Source of the DNA: Dicyema japonicum
Taxonomy: Eukaryota; Animalia; Dicyemida
Length of the DNA: 64,000 bases
Assembly: GCA_011109175.1 (NCBI GenBank)
Contig: RDEW01000030.1
Location: 242,094 to 306,093, forward strand
Direction of reading: 5' to 3'
The notes under the pieces were generated by a model. The model did no database searches, was not told the origin of the DNA, and saw only the letters and a program-made list of their open reading frames with translations. The stretch's first letter is position 1, and each line of letters begins with the position of its first letter. Positions 1-12,362 of this stretch are shown here, one piece after another. The position numbers and the translations under genes are program-made.

Positions 1-260
1 ACGAAAGTATGAAGTGTTGAAATCATGGAAGCTAGATGGAGACTCTTCGGAGACGTTCTGAAAATGGACCTGGATTTCCTGGCATATGTGGCCACGGACG
101 ACTTCTTCTCCTCAACACTACCCGATTCCGTGGACGACTGAGCATCGCCCTCCCTATGGTCCATAACAAGGACCTTCAAAATACCTGGAGACGACTCAAA
201 GAAGGATAGGATCTGGATGGACTATGAGAGCTTGCTTATAACAGGGACCAGTAGTGGATG
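1..260 (+). mobile_element. RTE non-LTR retrotransposon 3' fragment (degenerate)
   Basis: Translates as EARWRLFGDVLKMD, then after a frameshift FRGRLSIALP..DLQNT..DL. This matches the C-terminus of the RTE at 43566-44057 (ARWRLFGHILRMD..FRGRPRVTLP). Confidence 0.75.
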
Positions 261-2104
261 ATGACTTTGTTAGTTTCTCAGGTTGCAATGATTTGTCTCA
301 AATTTCTCAGATATCCCCGAAAATAAAGATCTAATGAAATCGGTCAAAGAGACACGTGAGTAAATCGTTCTTTTATAAATCATATTGGGACGGCATATCA
401 GGTAGAATAAATATAGGAAGCTGGCGACCATAAGAAGCACGCCAAAAGTCACTTTGTTAACAACGATCATCAACTTTCACATCGAGTCCTAGTAGTCTAA
501 AAAATTGAGTACGTTAACACCTTTGGCCGGGTAGTTTCACACTGATGACCCTTGGAATAACGATTCCGAAGCTCTGATCTCAGGAAATCTACATCGTATT
601 TTGTTTTCTCTGTGGAATAGTTGGCTACAGGTAGACAATAAATCGTAAGTTCTTTCAATCCGTGTTCTGTTTTTTGACTGAGAGGAAATTTTAAAGAAAA
701 GTCAATAAGAATCTTCGAATGCAGCTTCATTTATTGGATTTGAGCTGTGGTAAAGTTGGGTGATCGGAGTAAAGTAATTGATATCTTATGCTCCGCATCT
801 CAAGGTGATCACTGATCAGTAATATTCGTCTCCAACTTTAGGTGGCCAACAAGGGTAGATTTTAAAAAGCACGTTATACATCTAAAGGGTGAGTTTTAAG
901 CCTGCTGAGATTTGATATGAGGGTGATCGATATGCATGTGACCTAGCTTTGAGAGTCATAAATAAGCGTCTTCCCGATAAATCGTTTGAAAGGTGAAACA
1001 TCCAAGTTTCTGTTTGAGCGACCTGCTACAGCACAATAAACATTTGTCGGCTGGTTTTAGCGCGTAGATTTTTATGTAGAAAAAAAGTTAATTTTTATAT
1101 TAAAAAAGGTGGCCAAAATCGCTTCGCGAAGACAGAATGCTTTAGAGATACTTTTACGTCGAGCCCTGGTGGTACAGGGCGAGAAAAGAGATCCCAAACT
1201 ACTCTCCCAGCAAGAGACGGATGATGTCTAAATTTCAAACGATAAAATTCCACTCTGACGGCCTTCGGAAGAAACAGTTTTGAAGCATTAATCTCACGAG
1301 GTCTGCGCTTAAGTGTCTTGTTCTCTTCGAGAGTTAGTAGAAAAAGAGACGTTATAAAAATAAAAGGTCCTTTCAACTCCCATAAAAGAAATAAGGATTT
1401 TTATTGAAAGCGAATAGGGATTTCACTCCTCTCCTAGAACCGCTAAAATTAAATTCGCATTTTGATTAAAGATTAATCGCTTATTTTAGTATAATTTTTA
1501 TCTCAATATTGATGTTTTTTGAAATAACAAAAATAGTATTTTCATATTCTTTAAACATTGCTTCACTTTCATATCCGAAGAACTCGCATCACTGAGAAAA
1601 GTTTAGTCTAACAGTTTAGGTGAACCAGGTTCTCACAATTAGAAAATCCATTCAACATCTGTAGTCTTCCATCGTACCCACTACTGTCCGGAAGCACAGG
1701 AAATCGATTGTAGAAGAGAATTTCTAGTCCGATCGACTTTCATTTGCCCGATCCTGATATAGGCGAAGCTGATTTTTGCCTTCTTTGCAAAAGCGGATGA
1801 ATTTAGCTCTGCATCTATGTAACTTCATTGAATAGGGAGTGTTTCTCGACCTCTTTTTTGCCAATAATATATCAGTTCCGATGATAATAAATTTTTTATT
1901 TAAAAATGATAATGTGATTTTTGACACATGTGATGGTTTAACAGATGGTCTATATTTGAATTCTTTAGTTGAAAGCTACTCTGAATCCACGATTTTATTT
2001 ATTTTTATTTATGTACCCTCGATCCCTTTAAGTGAAAAAATCCGGTGGCTAACAAAAACTTTACAGCCAAAAGCGGACTTTCCCAGAGATACAAGTCTAT
2101 TTGG

Positions 2105-3498
2105 CGTGTCCATTCAAAATGGCCTCTTTCAAAATGGCCTCTAATTAATTTTTTTCAGGATTTGGATAGGTTCATCAATAAACATCACGGGATTTTAGCG
2201 AAACGACATCTTTAGGTAAAAAAGTCATCTTTTTTAAATCTTATAAAAATTGATTTTACCAAGGTCCTCGACGCAAAGGTCGTACCTGTCTTGGATCTGT
2301 AAAAACCATTCAATCGTGTGATTAAGTTTGGAGTCTGAAGCAACATAATCATCTTCCAAGGAGTGAATTTGTCAAGAGAGCCTTAATACGGGAGGACATA
2401 AAGCTTCCTTGAAAGCAGTTATTCACAATATCGGTAATAATTAATCACCATGTAATTCCAATAATATCTGTCTTTTAACGTCAAAAACTGAAAAATATAT
2501 ATGACACAATGCTTCTAATATTTAAACGTCTCATTCCGGATTTAGAACCAAGAGTTATTGTCTCAGATTTTGAAAAAAGGATCAATAAACTCTTTTCAAA
2601 AGTCATTTCCAAACGCACGGATAAATTGCTGATGTTCCATTTAGGACAAAATATTAACAAAAAATATTGGAATTAGGAATTTTTAACGACATAAATAATG
2701 AAGATATAAATAGGTTAAATGTGATTTAAAATTAACGATAGATTTGTAAAACTGTCGAAATGCTTCTCCTTTATTTCTATACATACTGTAAAGAACACTT
2801 TTAATTAGATAGTGTCGAGATCAGATTTTCCTGCGATTCTAAATCCATAATATCAATATTTTTCGATCAATTATATCTGAAATCAAGAAAATGGATTAAT
2901 TCCAAGATTTCCAATTAATTATTGGAATAATCTGGATAACTTATATAAGGACTTACCACGGACAAATAACTCCGTTGAAGGCTGGCACAATGTTTTTAGA
3001 AATACATTTGGACACTAAACAAGACACCAAAAAATTTTGTAAAGAAATTGATAAAAGAAGAAGGCTTAATGATTAAATTCTTAAGATTACAAAATGGAGA
3101 AAAAATTCTTAGAAAAACTAAATATATCGCTTTATCTGAGATTATATCGAGATTTGTTTAAGAAAAAAATATGGATCCGATAGAATATATATTCAATTTA
3201 GTAGAATATGCATTCTACTAACATTCATAATTATTTTTTTTTTCCTTTTGAAAATAAATCTTTCATTTTAAAGTTAAATAAAAATATTAAAAAAGATAAC
3301 TTTTTTACCTAAAGATGTAGAGGACCTTGGTAAAATGTTCCACTTACCCATAGGACCCCTTAAAATCAATTTTTATAAGATTTAAAAAAGATGACTTTTT
3401 CACCTAAAGATGTCGTTTCGGTAAAATATCTCGATGTTTATTGATGAACTTATCCAAAACCTGAGAAAATTGATTGGAGGCCATTTTGAATGGGAACC
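2105..3498 (+). mobile_element. Mutator-like (MULE) DNA transposon, decayed transposase, long TIRs
   Basis: ~170-bp imperfect inverted repeats (about 2105-2275 and 3315-3498). Identical flanking direct repeat CTATTTGG at 2097-2104 and 3499-3506. Internal MULE motifs EPRVIVSDFEK, FHLGQNI and LPRTNNSVEGWHNVF with stops and frameshifts. Confidence 0.85.
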
Positions 3499-3649
3499 CT
3501 ATTTGGTTCTGCAGAGAACTACTAGGTGGACCCGGACAAGTGAAGAGGTGACCCGTAATCTGGTCTTCAAGAAAGCGTAGTGGAGAGGACGATTTTCCAA
3601 TCCTTTTCCCAATCCTGTGTAGATATAATATATTCGCGAATCATAAAGT

Positions 3650-4320
3650 ATGAGTATTTAGATATGATTCAAAATTGTTAAATCCTGTTGTGTCTATTTT
3701 TAATAATTTTAAAAATAATATTCCCTTATTCAAATGACAGTTATCGTGAAAATCTTCTTAGGATATATTTACTGTTGGTCAAATATCATCGCCATAGTCT
3801 GATATAAGTGTTGAGCCAACTGTCACATTGTCGATCATTGCAGTTTCTCTGCAAATTCTACCAAAAATCCATTATAAAATGCTAATGTATAATCTTTCTT
3901 TTTTGTGGGTTTTAAATGAATTTTATACATCGATACGGTCACGAATTTCCAAATCGATGTATATATAAATTCCTTCTGAGCATGTGGTCTCTTATGACGG
4001 AGGCTCTTGAGGAAAGAATGTGGTTTATGTATTAGTAAGATTGGTCTAGTTGGATATCACAGATTTTTTATTAAACATACCAGTAGCCTGGAAGGCTGTG
4101 GATACATCTTTCTTGATTGAATCTTTCTGAGGGTTTTCCATAAATCAGAAATGTCAAAATACGGATTAAGGATGGGATAAAGTCGTTATTTGTTGTGTTT
4201 TCGAATGAGATCGTGAACTTGTTTAAATTCAGAGATTCAATTCTTTCTTCATTGATTTGATCCTCCGGCATTTTTTAACAGATTAATAATCTCGGAGAAA
4301 GTCAAGGTCACAGTTCGTGA
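3650..4320 (-). mobile_element. Merlin/IS1016(ISXO2)-like transposase relic
   Basis: Minus-strand WIFGRICRET and VGSTLISD resemble the Merlin motifs WVFGGICRET and PGTTIISD. Many stops. Confidence 0.55.
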
Positions 4321-5129
4321 TGAAACGATGCAGAATAAATTTTTTTGTCAGCAGCGGATTCAACAAGAGTTTCAAAAGATGAGAAGATTCCCAAGAAAAG
4401 TACACGTTCGGTCTCGTTCCTATAAGAGTCCCACTTTCTGATTAATATGAGTCTCTGTGGTCCTCCGCTTAATAGGCTGTTATCTTTTATGGTTATTATA
4501 ATCGGATTACATGTGATAGAAGATCATAGAGGACGTCCCACTGTGCGTCGAGAGTTAGATTAAAAGGAGATATCAGGGAGATATCGAATAACGTAAAAAC
4601 ACATCGAATGTGAAAACCTTTGTTGTTCAAAATAACCAAATCTGCATAATTTGCGGTCCGAGCTGACAAGCTTGTTGGAAAGCAATAATACATGACGTAG
4701 TCAGAGGGATATGAACACAATGAAACACGTCTTCTTGATATTAGCCTTGGTAGACACAATTTCAATAGGAGAACCATCCATTATTAATGATTTAGAAGAA
4801 TCAGCAAATGGAAGAGATTCGTAGACAAGTACAGGTAATTACGGATTACAGAGTACCTCATGAAATGTGGAGTCTGGACTTTGAGGTAAGATTGGCCAGT
4901 CTTCTAATGGAAAATAAGAGATTGTCATAGTTTCCTTCGAACTCTTTCTTAATTTCTGTGTTTATAGACCAACGTGGTACTTGGTAGCTTCATTCCTTTT
5001 AAACTTGATTCCCTCACTGATCATATGATCTCCACAATGTTCCCCATTTCTAGATCGAATCTTCGAAGCAATGTGAACCTGACCATAACAATGGCATCGT
5101 GTTTCAGTCCATTTTATCATTAACCCCAG

Positions 5130-5500
5130 GCTTCTATTCTTTGATTACCCCAGCAGATTAAATATTACAAAAACTGCCTCAATAAAGATGTCCAGAATGG
5201 GAGAAAGATGGATTTGTACTCATTTATGACTCCTAGTGGCTGTGGTTGTGGAATGAAGTCAATGAACAAGATAAAACATGGAACCTTTGTGTACTAATAT
5301 GTGTGAGGTTAATGGAAGTGATAGTGGTAGATCGTTCAGATCAGATCGTTGAAGACAGAGGAACTGTGTACGACACTGGAAGGATGAGTTACTTGTTTGA
5401 TATTGAAAATAACGGGAATCCTTTGGTAGTGGACGTTAAGTACTTTGGAAATATTTCCGAGTTTATTAACCAAAATGTATTGAGTGGTCTGATTACAGAA
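5130..5500 (+). pseudogene. SUV39H/Su(var)3-9-like H3K9 methyltransferase SET-domain fragment
   Basis: NCLNKDVQNGRKMDLYSFMTPSGCGCGMKSMNKIKHGTFVY*YV then RGTVYDTGRMSYLFDIE..LVVDVKYFGNISEFIN follows the SUV39H SET N-half. In-frame stops; the C-terminal half is missing. Confidence 0.7.
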
Positions 5501-5731
5501 ATATTTCTCGGTTTATTAACCAAAATATATTGAGTGATCTAATAAATATTAAGCACGTGTAAGATTACTATTCTTTGTTATGCCACGTTCGAAATCATCA
5601 CAATTTACATTAAAAGAAAATCATTCCAGAAGAATTATCTCACGCCGCGTGGCGCCATGTGGTGCTGCGTGGTTAATTGGTTGAAGTTTTCTGCTTGCTT
5701 GTCTGTTCTTCCTCTCTCTTCCTAATAGAGT

Positions 5732-5830
5732 GGCGTCATGTGATCACCTGTCTAGGTGACGCCCAGTGTTAGGCCGGCACGAAAAAGTATCATTTGCTCT
5801 TCCCCACTCCACTGGAGGGGTTTCCACAAC
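5732..5830. repeat. Dispersed structured repeat, copy A (related to 26912-27005 and 56872-56953)
   Basis: Shared CGTCAT..hairpin..ACG and CTCC-NNN-GGAG hairpin followed by GTT(T/C)..CAA. Confidence 0.6.
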
Positions 5831-5989
5831 TGCATGTAATGGACGTTTTACCTTTTATGCTGATTCCGGATGGAGTCTGTTTCTGTAGAAGTGGAATTTT
5901 TACATTATATTTTTGAATTTTTATTGTTAATTGGGGCTCCTAAATATCTGAGACTAATTTTTTAATTATCAAGCAAATAAAAGTTTCGT

Positions 5990-6080
5990 GTCATTCTAGG
6001 ATCTTTGTCTGGCAGTTCTGCAAGCTGCCCGATCAGTCTGATAAACCTTGTCGTGCTGGGGCCGAGCATATTGAAGAATA
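5990..6080 (-). mobile_element. CRE-like 3' fragment (short)
   Basis: CTGCAAGCTGCCCGAT..CTGATAAA is shared with 15487-15520 and partly with 57190-57210. Confidence 0.45.
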
Positions 6081-6439
6081 TTTTTGTTTATCCTGGAAGC
6101 AGATCACTGACCCTGCTAAACCGTATCGGATAGCCTATCCCAAGAAGGAAGAAATATTAGAGAAAGGAACTGGCTTATTTAGATGGGTTTTCAATTCCGA
6201 TTGAAAGGAACTTCTAGTAGTTATTAAGTAATTTTCAAAATTTTCTTTATCAAAGTTTTTCTATATTGTGGCTTCGTGCACTATTGAGTGAGCCATTGAA
6301 ATGCTCAAAAAATTCTAGAGATAGAGAATTTTTATAAATATAATGTTAAAATTTACATAATTATGTTTTATAATAAATAAGAAATTTATTTGGTCGATTT
6401 ATAAATTTTCCGATATTTATATAATTCATTCGACAGAGG

Positions 6440-6950
6440 AAGATGGACAGAAGGAGCAATTTCCCGCAGTTTCAAAACAACGATTGGACACCCCAGGGTG
6501 ACTCCCTCTCCCCTTTACTATTCACCATATACCTTGAATCTGCACTCCGCGACCTCCGTAAATGCTCGTAAATGACATAGATGAGACATCTTATGCGGAT
6601 GATGTGGATTTTGTATCACGGGATGTGACCGCACTCCAACACCTGCTAGAAAATGCACCTGCGGAGCTTGAGAAATGGTTTCTCAGCGTAAATTTTAACA
6701 AAACTGAAATTACGGAAATCAAAAGAGAAGACGATATTACTCATGAAAGATGGAGACGTACTAATAAGCTCAGCTCTCTACTAGGAGACGCTGAAGATGT
6801 ACTAAGGAGGAAAACACTGGCAAATGCGGCAATGGCTAAACTGAAGAAAGGATGGCTAAGGGCCAAAAGGACTTGGAATTGACATCAGATGCAGGCTTTA
6901 CAACGCGTTTGTGAAACCGATCCTACTGTATAACGCTGGGACATGGGAAA
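6440..6950 (+). mobile_element. RTE reverse transcriptase fragment
   Basis: SYADDVDFVS, WFLSVNFNKTE and KLSSLLGDAEDVLRRKTLANAAM, then KPILLYNAGTW. Homologous to the RTE at 44057-44372. Confidence 0.8.
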
Positions 6951-6952
6951 GT

Positions 6953-7330
6953 TCCTTCAAAGTGGGACGCTACTTGTGTCGACCCACTTTGCCCGTCCAA
7001 CATAGTCGGGAGCGCGGTAGACACACTCTATGCCGCGGAAAAAACGATGAAGGCAAAGGAGAAGAAATACGAATCGCTACGCGACCGATTCACTTTCTAT
7101 CCGATTGTGGTCGAGACAACTGGAAAAATAAGTGGAAAATCGCTTCGCTTCCTAAAGAAACTTGGACACCTAGCTACACTAAAAAGCCACGACGCGCGTG
7201 AGACCCGGTGGCTTCTCCAGTTGATCTCTGATGCAATCGTGAGAGGAAACGCAACGTCGATAATGTCGGCGGGGTCCACTTTGGATGGATGGCTGTGTTA
7301 ATTAATTATTCATTATTTATTTATTTTTAG
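6953..7330 (+). mobile_element. CRE-clade retrotransposon 3' end (RLE endonuclease)
   Basis: KEKKYESLRDRFTFYPIVVETTGKIS..RETRWLLQLISDAIVRGNAT. Highly similar to 30340-30672 and ends in the same TTAATTAATTATT tail. Confidence 0.85.
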
Positions 7331-7399
7331 ATTCCATAAATGCCATTTTTGGAAATTTTAGTTTCCATAAAAAATTTCCCTTGTCACAACTAATTAATC

Positions 7400-7615
7400 C
7401 AAGGAAGAGACCCAAGTGAGAACGTTTACTTGTGTCGACCAAATCCACCCTCCAATAGTACATTACAGGTTTCAACTTCAAAAGAGATGTAAAGTAGTAG
7501 GTCCACCCTCTTCCATTTTCATCACACGTCCTACTGTCGCTGACAACACTTCATTCTTATCCGGAAGAGTTTTCATAATGGTAATTTTCACCAGTGAATT
7601 TGATCAGGGGGTTGA
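7400..7615 (-). repeat. Dispersed coding-like repeat family X, copy 1 (possible SPRY-like gene relic)
   Basis: Nucleotide similarity to 35800-36060 (-), 62400-62680 (+) and 63630-63700 (+), e.g. GAA(A/G)ATTACCATTATGAAAACT. Peptide PVMYYWRVDLVDTSKRSHLG. Confidence 0.55.
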
Positions 7616-10453
7616 ATAATGATGTAACGATGGAAGCAGATCAAGGTAGGTAAATCTCTTTCAACATCTCTGTCGTACCAGAAGGACTCGTTGCCTCACG
7701 GTTGGAATCTGTTTGACGAGAGTTGACCTTCACTAAAAAGTCATCTTTCGGATTCGAACCCTGATCTTCAGATCTGATGTCATCAGACGTTATTACAGCT
7801 AAGAATGCAACATCATCTGTGTTTATGTAATGGCACATTCATTTGTGATATTTGGTCGTCCTCCGACTACAATTTAAATGTTGGACTTTGTGAGTTGTTT
7901 CGTTTGTTTCTTGTCGTCAGTTCCCTACAAAACAGAAGACTATAATATTGTGAGTAACGACGAATTTAGAAATCATATTTTGATATGTGACTATGGCGTC
8001 TCTGAGGAAAACTCAATCTGAAAATTACAGAAGCATTATAGGAGTGTCGTAAACAGTAAATACATTCACATAATTCCTCAAAGTTGATCAATTATGGCAA
8101 ACTAACCACACGGAGGTTCATTGGACATGTATTGATAATGAATATGGAAGTCCAAGTTAACGTGGTCAGGGATGATTTCTTGACCTTCTACGCTCTCCGA
8201 TTCTATGGACAAGCAAGGGCCACCCTATGTTTTCGATGACTTCCAAATGATTGGGAGGGGTCACAAGAAGGAAGAAAACTTAGATTCACCATGGGAGTTT
8301 GTTGGCAACAATAAAAATGGAAGATAGCATTACTGTTATTGGCAATAATGGTGACTGAAAAGAGGTTGTAAGTGCTGAAATACCTATATTTCTCAAATTT
8401 TTTGCTGCCATTCATGGTGACTGAAACTCCTCTTCTTTCTTTTCGTGTGTTTGGAAGAATTACGAACTTAAAAGATATCAGAAACCTTTATTTTTGAAGC
8501 ATTAGATACACCATGGTCGCTGGTTCAATTCCATTCGACCATAAAATTGATGAAACCTCGATAAGAGGATCTATCGGTAGGTTAATGTGATTGCTGCTAA
8601 TAACAATGTTTATCACAATCTCTGTAAATTCTGACTAAGTTTCAGTTTGATTTGTTATCAGGGAGACATTAGAAATTAGACAAACCATTCTGTTAACTGA
8701 TAAATTGTTTAGCGTCGCTTGTTCTTTACCTTTTGACACATTCTTTAGATTCTTTATTGATTATCACTAAGTTGATGTGCCTCAATGGTAATGGACAACT
8801 TTCTGTTGACACATCTTTAAGTTTTTACCGGCTGGCGTTGTGTAATAGGCCTCAGATAGTTGTGGAAGTGCATACTTCTGTTTAAGATAAGAGATCCCAG
8901 TATACAACCACATTTAAGTGGACTCTCCTCATGTTATTTTGGATTTTTGCAAAGGGGGTTATGGATTTAATTGAACTTTTTGGAAAGAAATTATCCCATC
9001 AATTTGGTCCTTGACTTTTCCCTATTTTGATGACCAAAACATCACACGATCATAATGATTTGTTTCTATGAACTTACAAGACCATTCAATGGGTTATCAT
9101 GCAACATGTGAGATTTATTGGTGGTTTTAGATAAGCACATCTGGTGTCTCGTTATTAACCTCGTAGATTTATGTTTAAGAAAAGGTTTGTTCATAGAAGG
9201 GGGAATGTCTGATTGAGAGCATTTCCGGACAAATTGTAAGAGTGGTTGACACAAGAGCTAGTTACTAATTTATGCCACTTAATTCCCCCATAACTTAGTA
9301 CTGATTTGAGACAAATAAAATTCTATGTGATTTCACGAAAAAATCGTATTTGTCCCGATTTTGGAGATATTTCTGTGGGTACTACAGTCCACGCAGATAT
9401 CGATTTGGCTGGCCTGTGAAGCGTAAAATTTGTTGGAACAATTAAATTAGCGAAATTTTCAATCAATAAAATTTTAGATTGGCTATAAAATCGACAGGAA
9501 ATTCTGATTGAAGCAATATTTTAAACTCAATTTTGCGCAAATAAACACAATTGCAAACTCTGCAAACTTATCACAATTTAAGGCGATAACACAAAGGATG
9601 TATCCACTTAAGATAAGGGCGTTGGTATAAAATAAACTGTAATTTGCGTACTTTGCTGAAATGAAAAAGTGTCCTCGCTGCAAATCAAGGAATTTTCCGA
9701 GCATTTGGGTACAAGATGGCATTGAGATTGAGCACTACTGGTTCAAAGGTTGGAGAAATTTATAAAAAAAGATTCACAACTTGACATGAATAATGAAGTA
9801 ACGATGGAAGTTATGGACCGACTACTGTCGGAGGATAATAAATCCAGCTCTCTGTTTGGTGGAATTTTCGATGATGAAAAAAAATCCAAATATTCTAACA
9901 AATCGGGTTTTATATTTTAAGAATTTTAGATCCCCCGGTCTTCTCAATTGAGTGGATTCTGAGGAAATAATTTCATTATAATTTAATAAATATTCTTTCT
10001 ATATCAGTTCAGAGATATTAAGTGTGCTTTTAAGACATCAATGGCAGAAGTGTTTAACCAGGAAACCCATTTAGAGAAAGGTTCACCAGGAAGACATTCA
10101 CTCCAGAAGAAGGAGATCCCGATCGAGTTCCTTTGTAGAAATTCGAAAAGAAATACCCAGTAGGTGGTGGGATAACCGGTGGATTACTTCTGGAGAGTTC
10201 GGGAGTTGCTAGAAAGTGGGATCGCTTAATTCGTCAATTTTGACGCCTTTTTGGTGATATTGACGTTTCTTAAATAAATAGTCTGTTCGTTACTAATGTA
10301 GGCAGTTTTCTCACAAGCAGGTGACCCACATGAAAACCATATAGCCGGATTTAATTTCTGTTCCACACCAGATATGCCTGACTGATCTCTGGGTCGTTCA
10401 CTATTGGTAGTTACTTTCCTATTGACTTTATTTATTTGAAGTTACAGGAGGTA

Positions 10454-10744
10454 TAATAATAAAGCCTTTTCACGAGAGCCATAGTATTTATAGCTCTGCA
10501 TAGGCAGGACACACACTTTATTTAAGTAAAGAACAGTTAATTTTAACTAATCGTAGAACCAAGGAATGATCTTCACTTCTTTTTTTCTTTTTCTTGTGTG
10601 TGGGTCCTTTCTAGACAGTCCAGTTCCGCAGTGAGTATCCATTGATGACGGCGTCACTCGTCAAACCCTTTTTTAGCATCGTAGATGCGTGGAACTTCCA
10701 CCAGGTGAACAGCAGCGAGAATCGAACCCGTAACCTAAGCCACT
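10454..10744 (-). mobile_element. tRNA-derived SINE, 5'-truncated copy
   Basis: B box GGTTCGATTC on the minus strand. Body nearly identical to 46757-47050. (TTA)n tail. Flanking direct repeat TTACAGGAGGTA at 10442-10453 and 10745-10756. Confidence 0.8.
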
Positions 10745-10999
10745 TTACAGGAGGTAAATACAATAAACAAATTCGTAGAACATTTTAATACGACTATATG
10801 GCTCTCAGGGTTAATGACGACTTATTATGGAAGAGCCATATTTTAACCGGAGTCTTACTTTCGAGATTTCGTTTTGTGGAATCATGAGTTATTATTATAA
10901 GCAACATTCGTAAAATCATAATAGTTATAATTTCACTTGTGCAACATTCAAAACAATCCTCCGAACCAACCTCTTCGATCGTAAAAGAGTTTCCTCAAC

Positions 11000-11235
11000 T
11001 CGTCCAGGTCGTCCCCACTTCTTAGACGTTTGTTCACGAGCTTTAAATCTCCGTCAAGTGTTTCAGGTAGTGTAATACGTCGGCGTTCTTGAAAACACGG
11101 CCCTGTCTCATGAAGTAGTCCTCCATTGCTATGTTTGCTGGAGCGCCCAAGTCCATACGCAAGATATGTCCAAATAGCCTCCAGCGAATATCAGTAATTT
11201 CGAGACTCAGTGGAATCATGGAAATTTCCACAACA
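11000..11235 (-). mobile_element. RTE 3' fragment
   Basis: ORF 11043-11231 contains RWRLFGHILRMDLGAPANIAMEDYF. Confidence 0.75.
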
Positions 11236-12362
11236 ATAAAGGATTCCGAAAACTTTTATTTATTTAATTTATTTATTAATATTAATTAAATAAATAAATC
11301 CAAACTTTAGTACATTCGAGCTAATTATAAAATATAACCTCAACTATTTTGTGGTGAAATAATATCTGGTAAATTTTAAAACCACTAAGAAACAATGTAA
11401 ATCAATTGTTTTTCTTAAACGCAAAAAATTTCCAATAGATCACAATTAGTTTACGTTAGAAATTCGAGAAGAAAAAATAAAACTCGTGGTTATCAATGTC
11501 AACGTGTGTTAAAATTCGAAAATGGAAAGAAGACTATGTTGAATATGGCTTTACGAAGATAATTATTGATGGAATCGATAGACCCAGTGCATGTTTTGTG
11601 ATGCAATTTATCGAATTCAAATTTGAAACCATCGAAGCTGAACGGACATTTTAGATCTATCCACTGAGGTGAAAAACGTTCAGGAAATAATTTTGAATGT
11701 TCGAAGGTTAAAAGGGCACGATACGATATCCAAGGAACTTTTCCGTAGCTTGGGTTTACCCCCATTGACAAACCGTTACTTTTGGCGTCATTCAAAATTG
11801 CATATAAAGTTGCGAAAACAAAGAAGCCACATACTATTGCGGAGACTCTTATTAAGCCGTGTGCATTGGAAATTGTGAAAACAGATCTGGGTCCAGACGC
11901 CTCTCGAAAACTGCAGCAGATTCCTTCATCAAATAGTTGTATCCGGGATCGAATTAATTGTATCTAAAATTCGTGTGTCAAAATCAAATGAAGTTAAAAG
12001 ATGTCTTGAATTCGTGTGTCAAAATCATGAAGTTAAAAAATGTCTTGAATTCGTGTGTCAAAATCGTAAATTTTATTCGAGGAAGGGTTTTGAATCAATA
12101 GATTGTTCAAAGCATTGTTTACTGATTATGATGCTGACGCCACTGTTCTCTTGTATCATACTGATGTTAGATGGCTGTCAAGAGGCCGTGTTTTAACAAG
12201 ATTTTTTATTCTCAGACGTGAAATCGAAGAATTTTTATTTGAAAAATTCTGAACTATTTGATTGTTTCAAATCTCCAAATTTTGTGATTTTTGTGGCATA
12301 TTTAGCTGACATATTCAATCATTTTAACCAGTTGAATCTCAATTCAAGGGATGAGCATTATA

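Noticed and set aside
542-575. Hammerhead-like CUGAUGA followed by a small stem and GAA
   Set aside because: Five extra nucleotides precede stem II, the core is GAAG rather than GAAA, and stems I and III are not evident.
4900-5100. Gag-like CCHC knuckle on the minus strand (RCHCYGQVHIASK..EHCGDH)
   Set aside because: Too degenerate to support as a feature without a profile search.
5760-5822. Twister- or HDV-like words (UAACACUG and GUGGAG on the minus strand; GGCCGGC on the plus strand)
   Set aside because: No P1 partner, no GGUCxxAAGCC loop and no HDV P3/L3/P1.1 order could be built. Kept only as an unassigned structured repeat.
8100-10400. Possible further LINE or DNA-transposon relics (also 47100-48900, 52800-53700)
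   Set aside because: Only isolated weak motifs; no family could be assigned by eye.
11968-12065. CRISPR-like repeat-spacer array
   Set aside because: Spacers are copies of each other and the unit is hAT coding sequence in a eukaryotic context.
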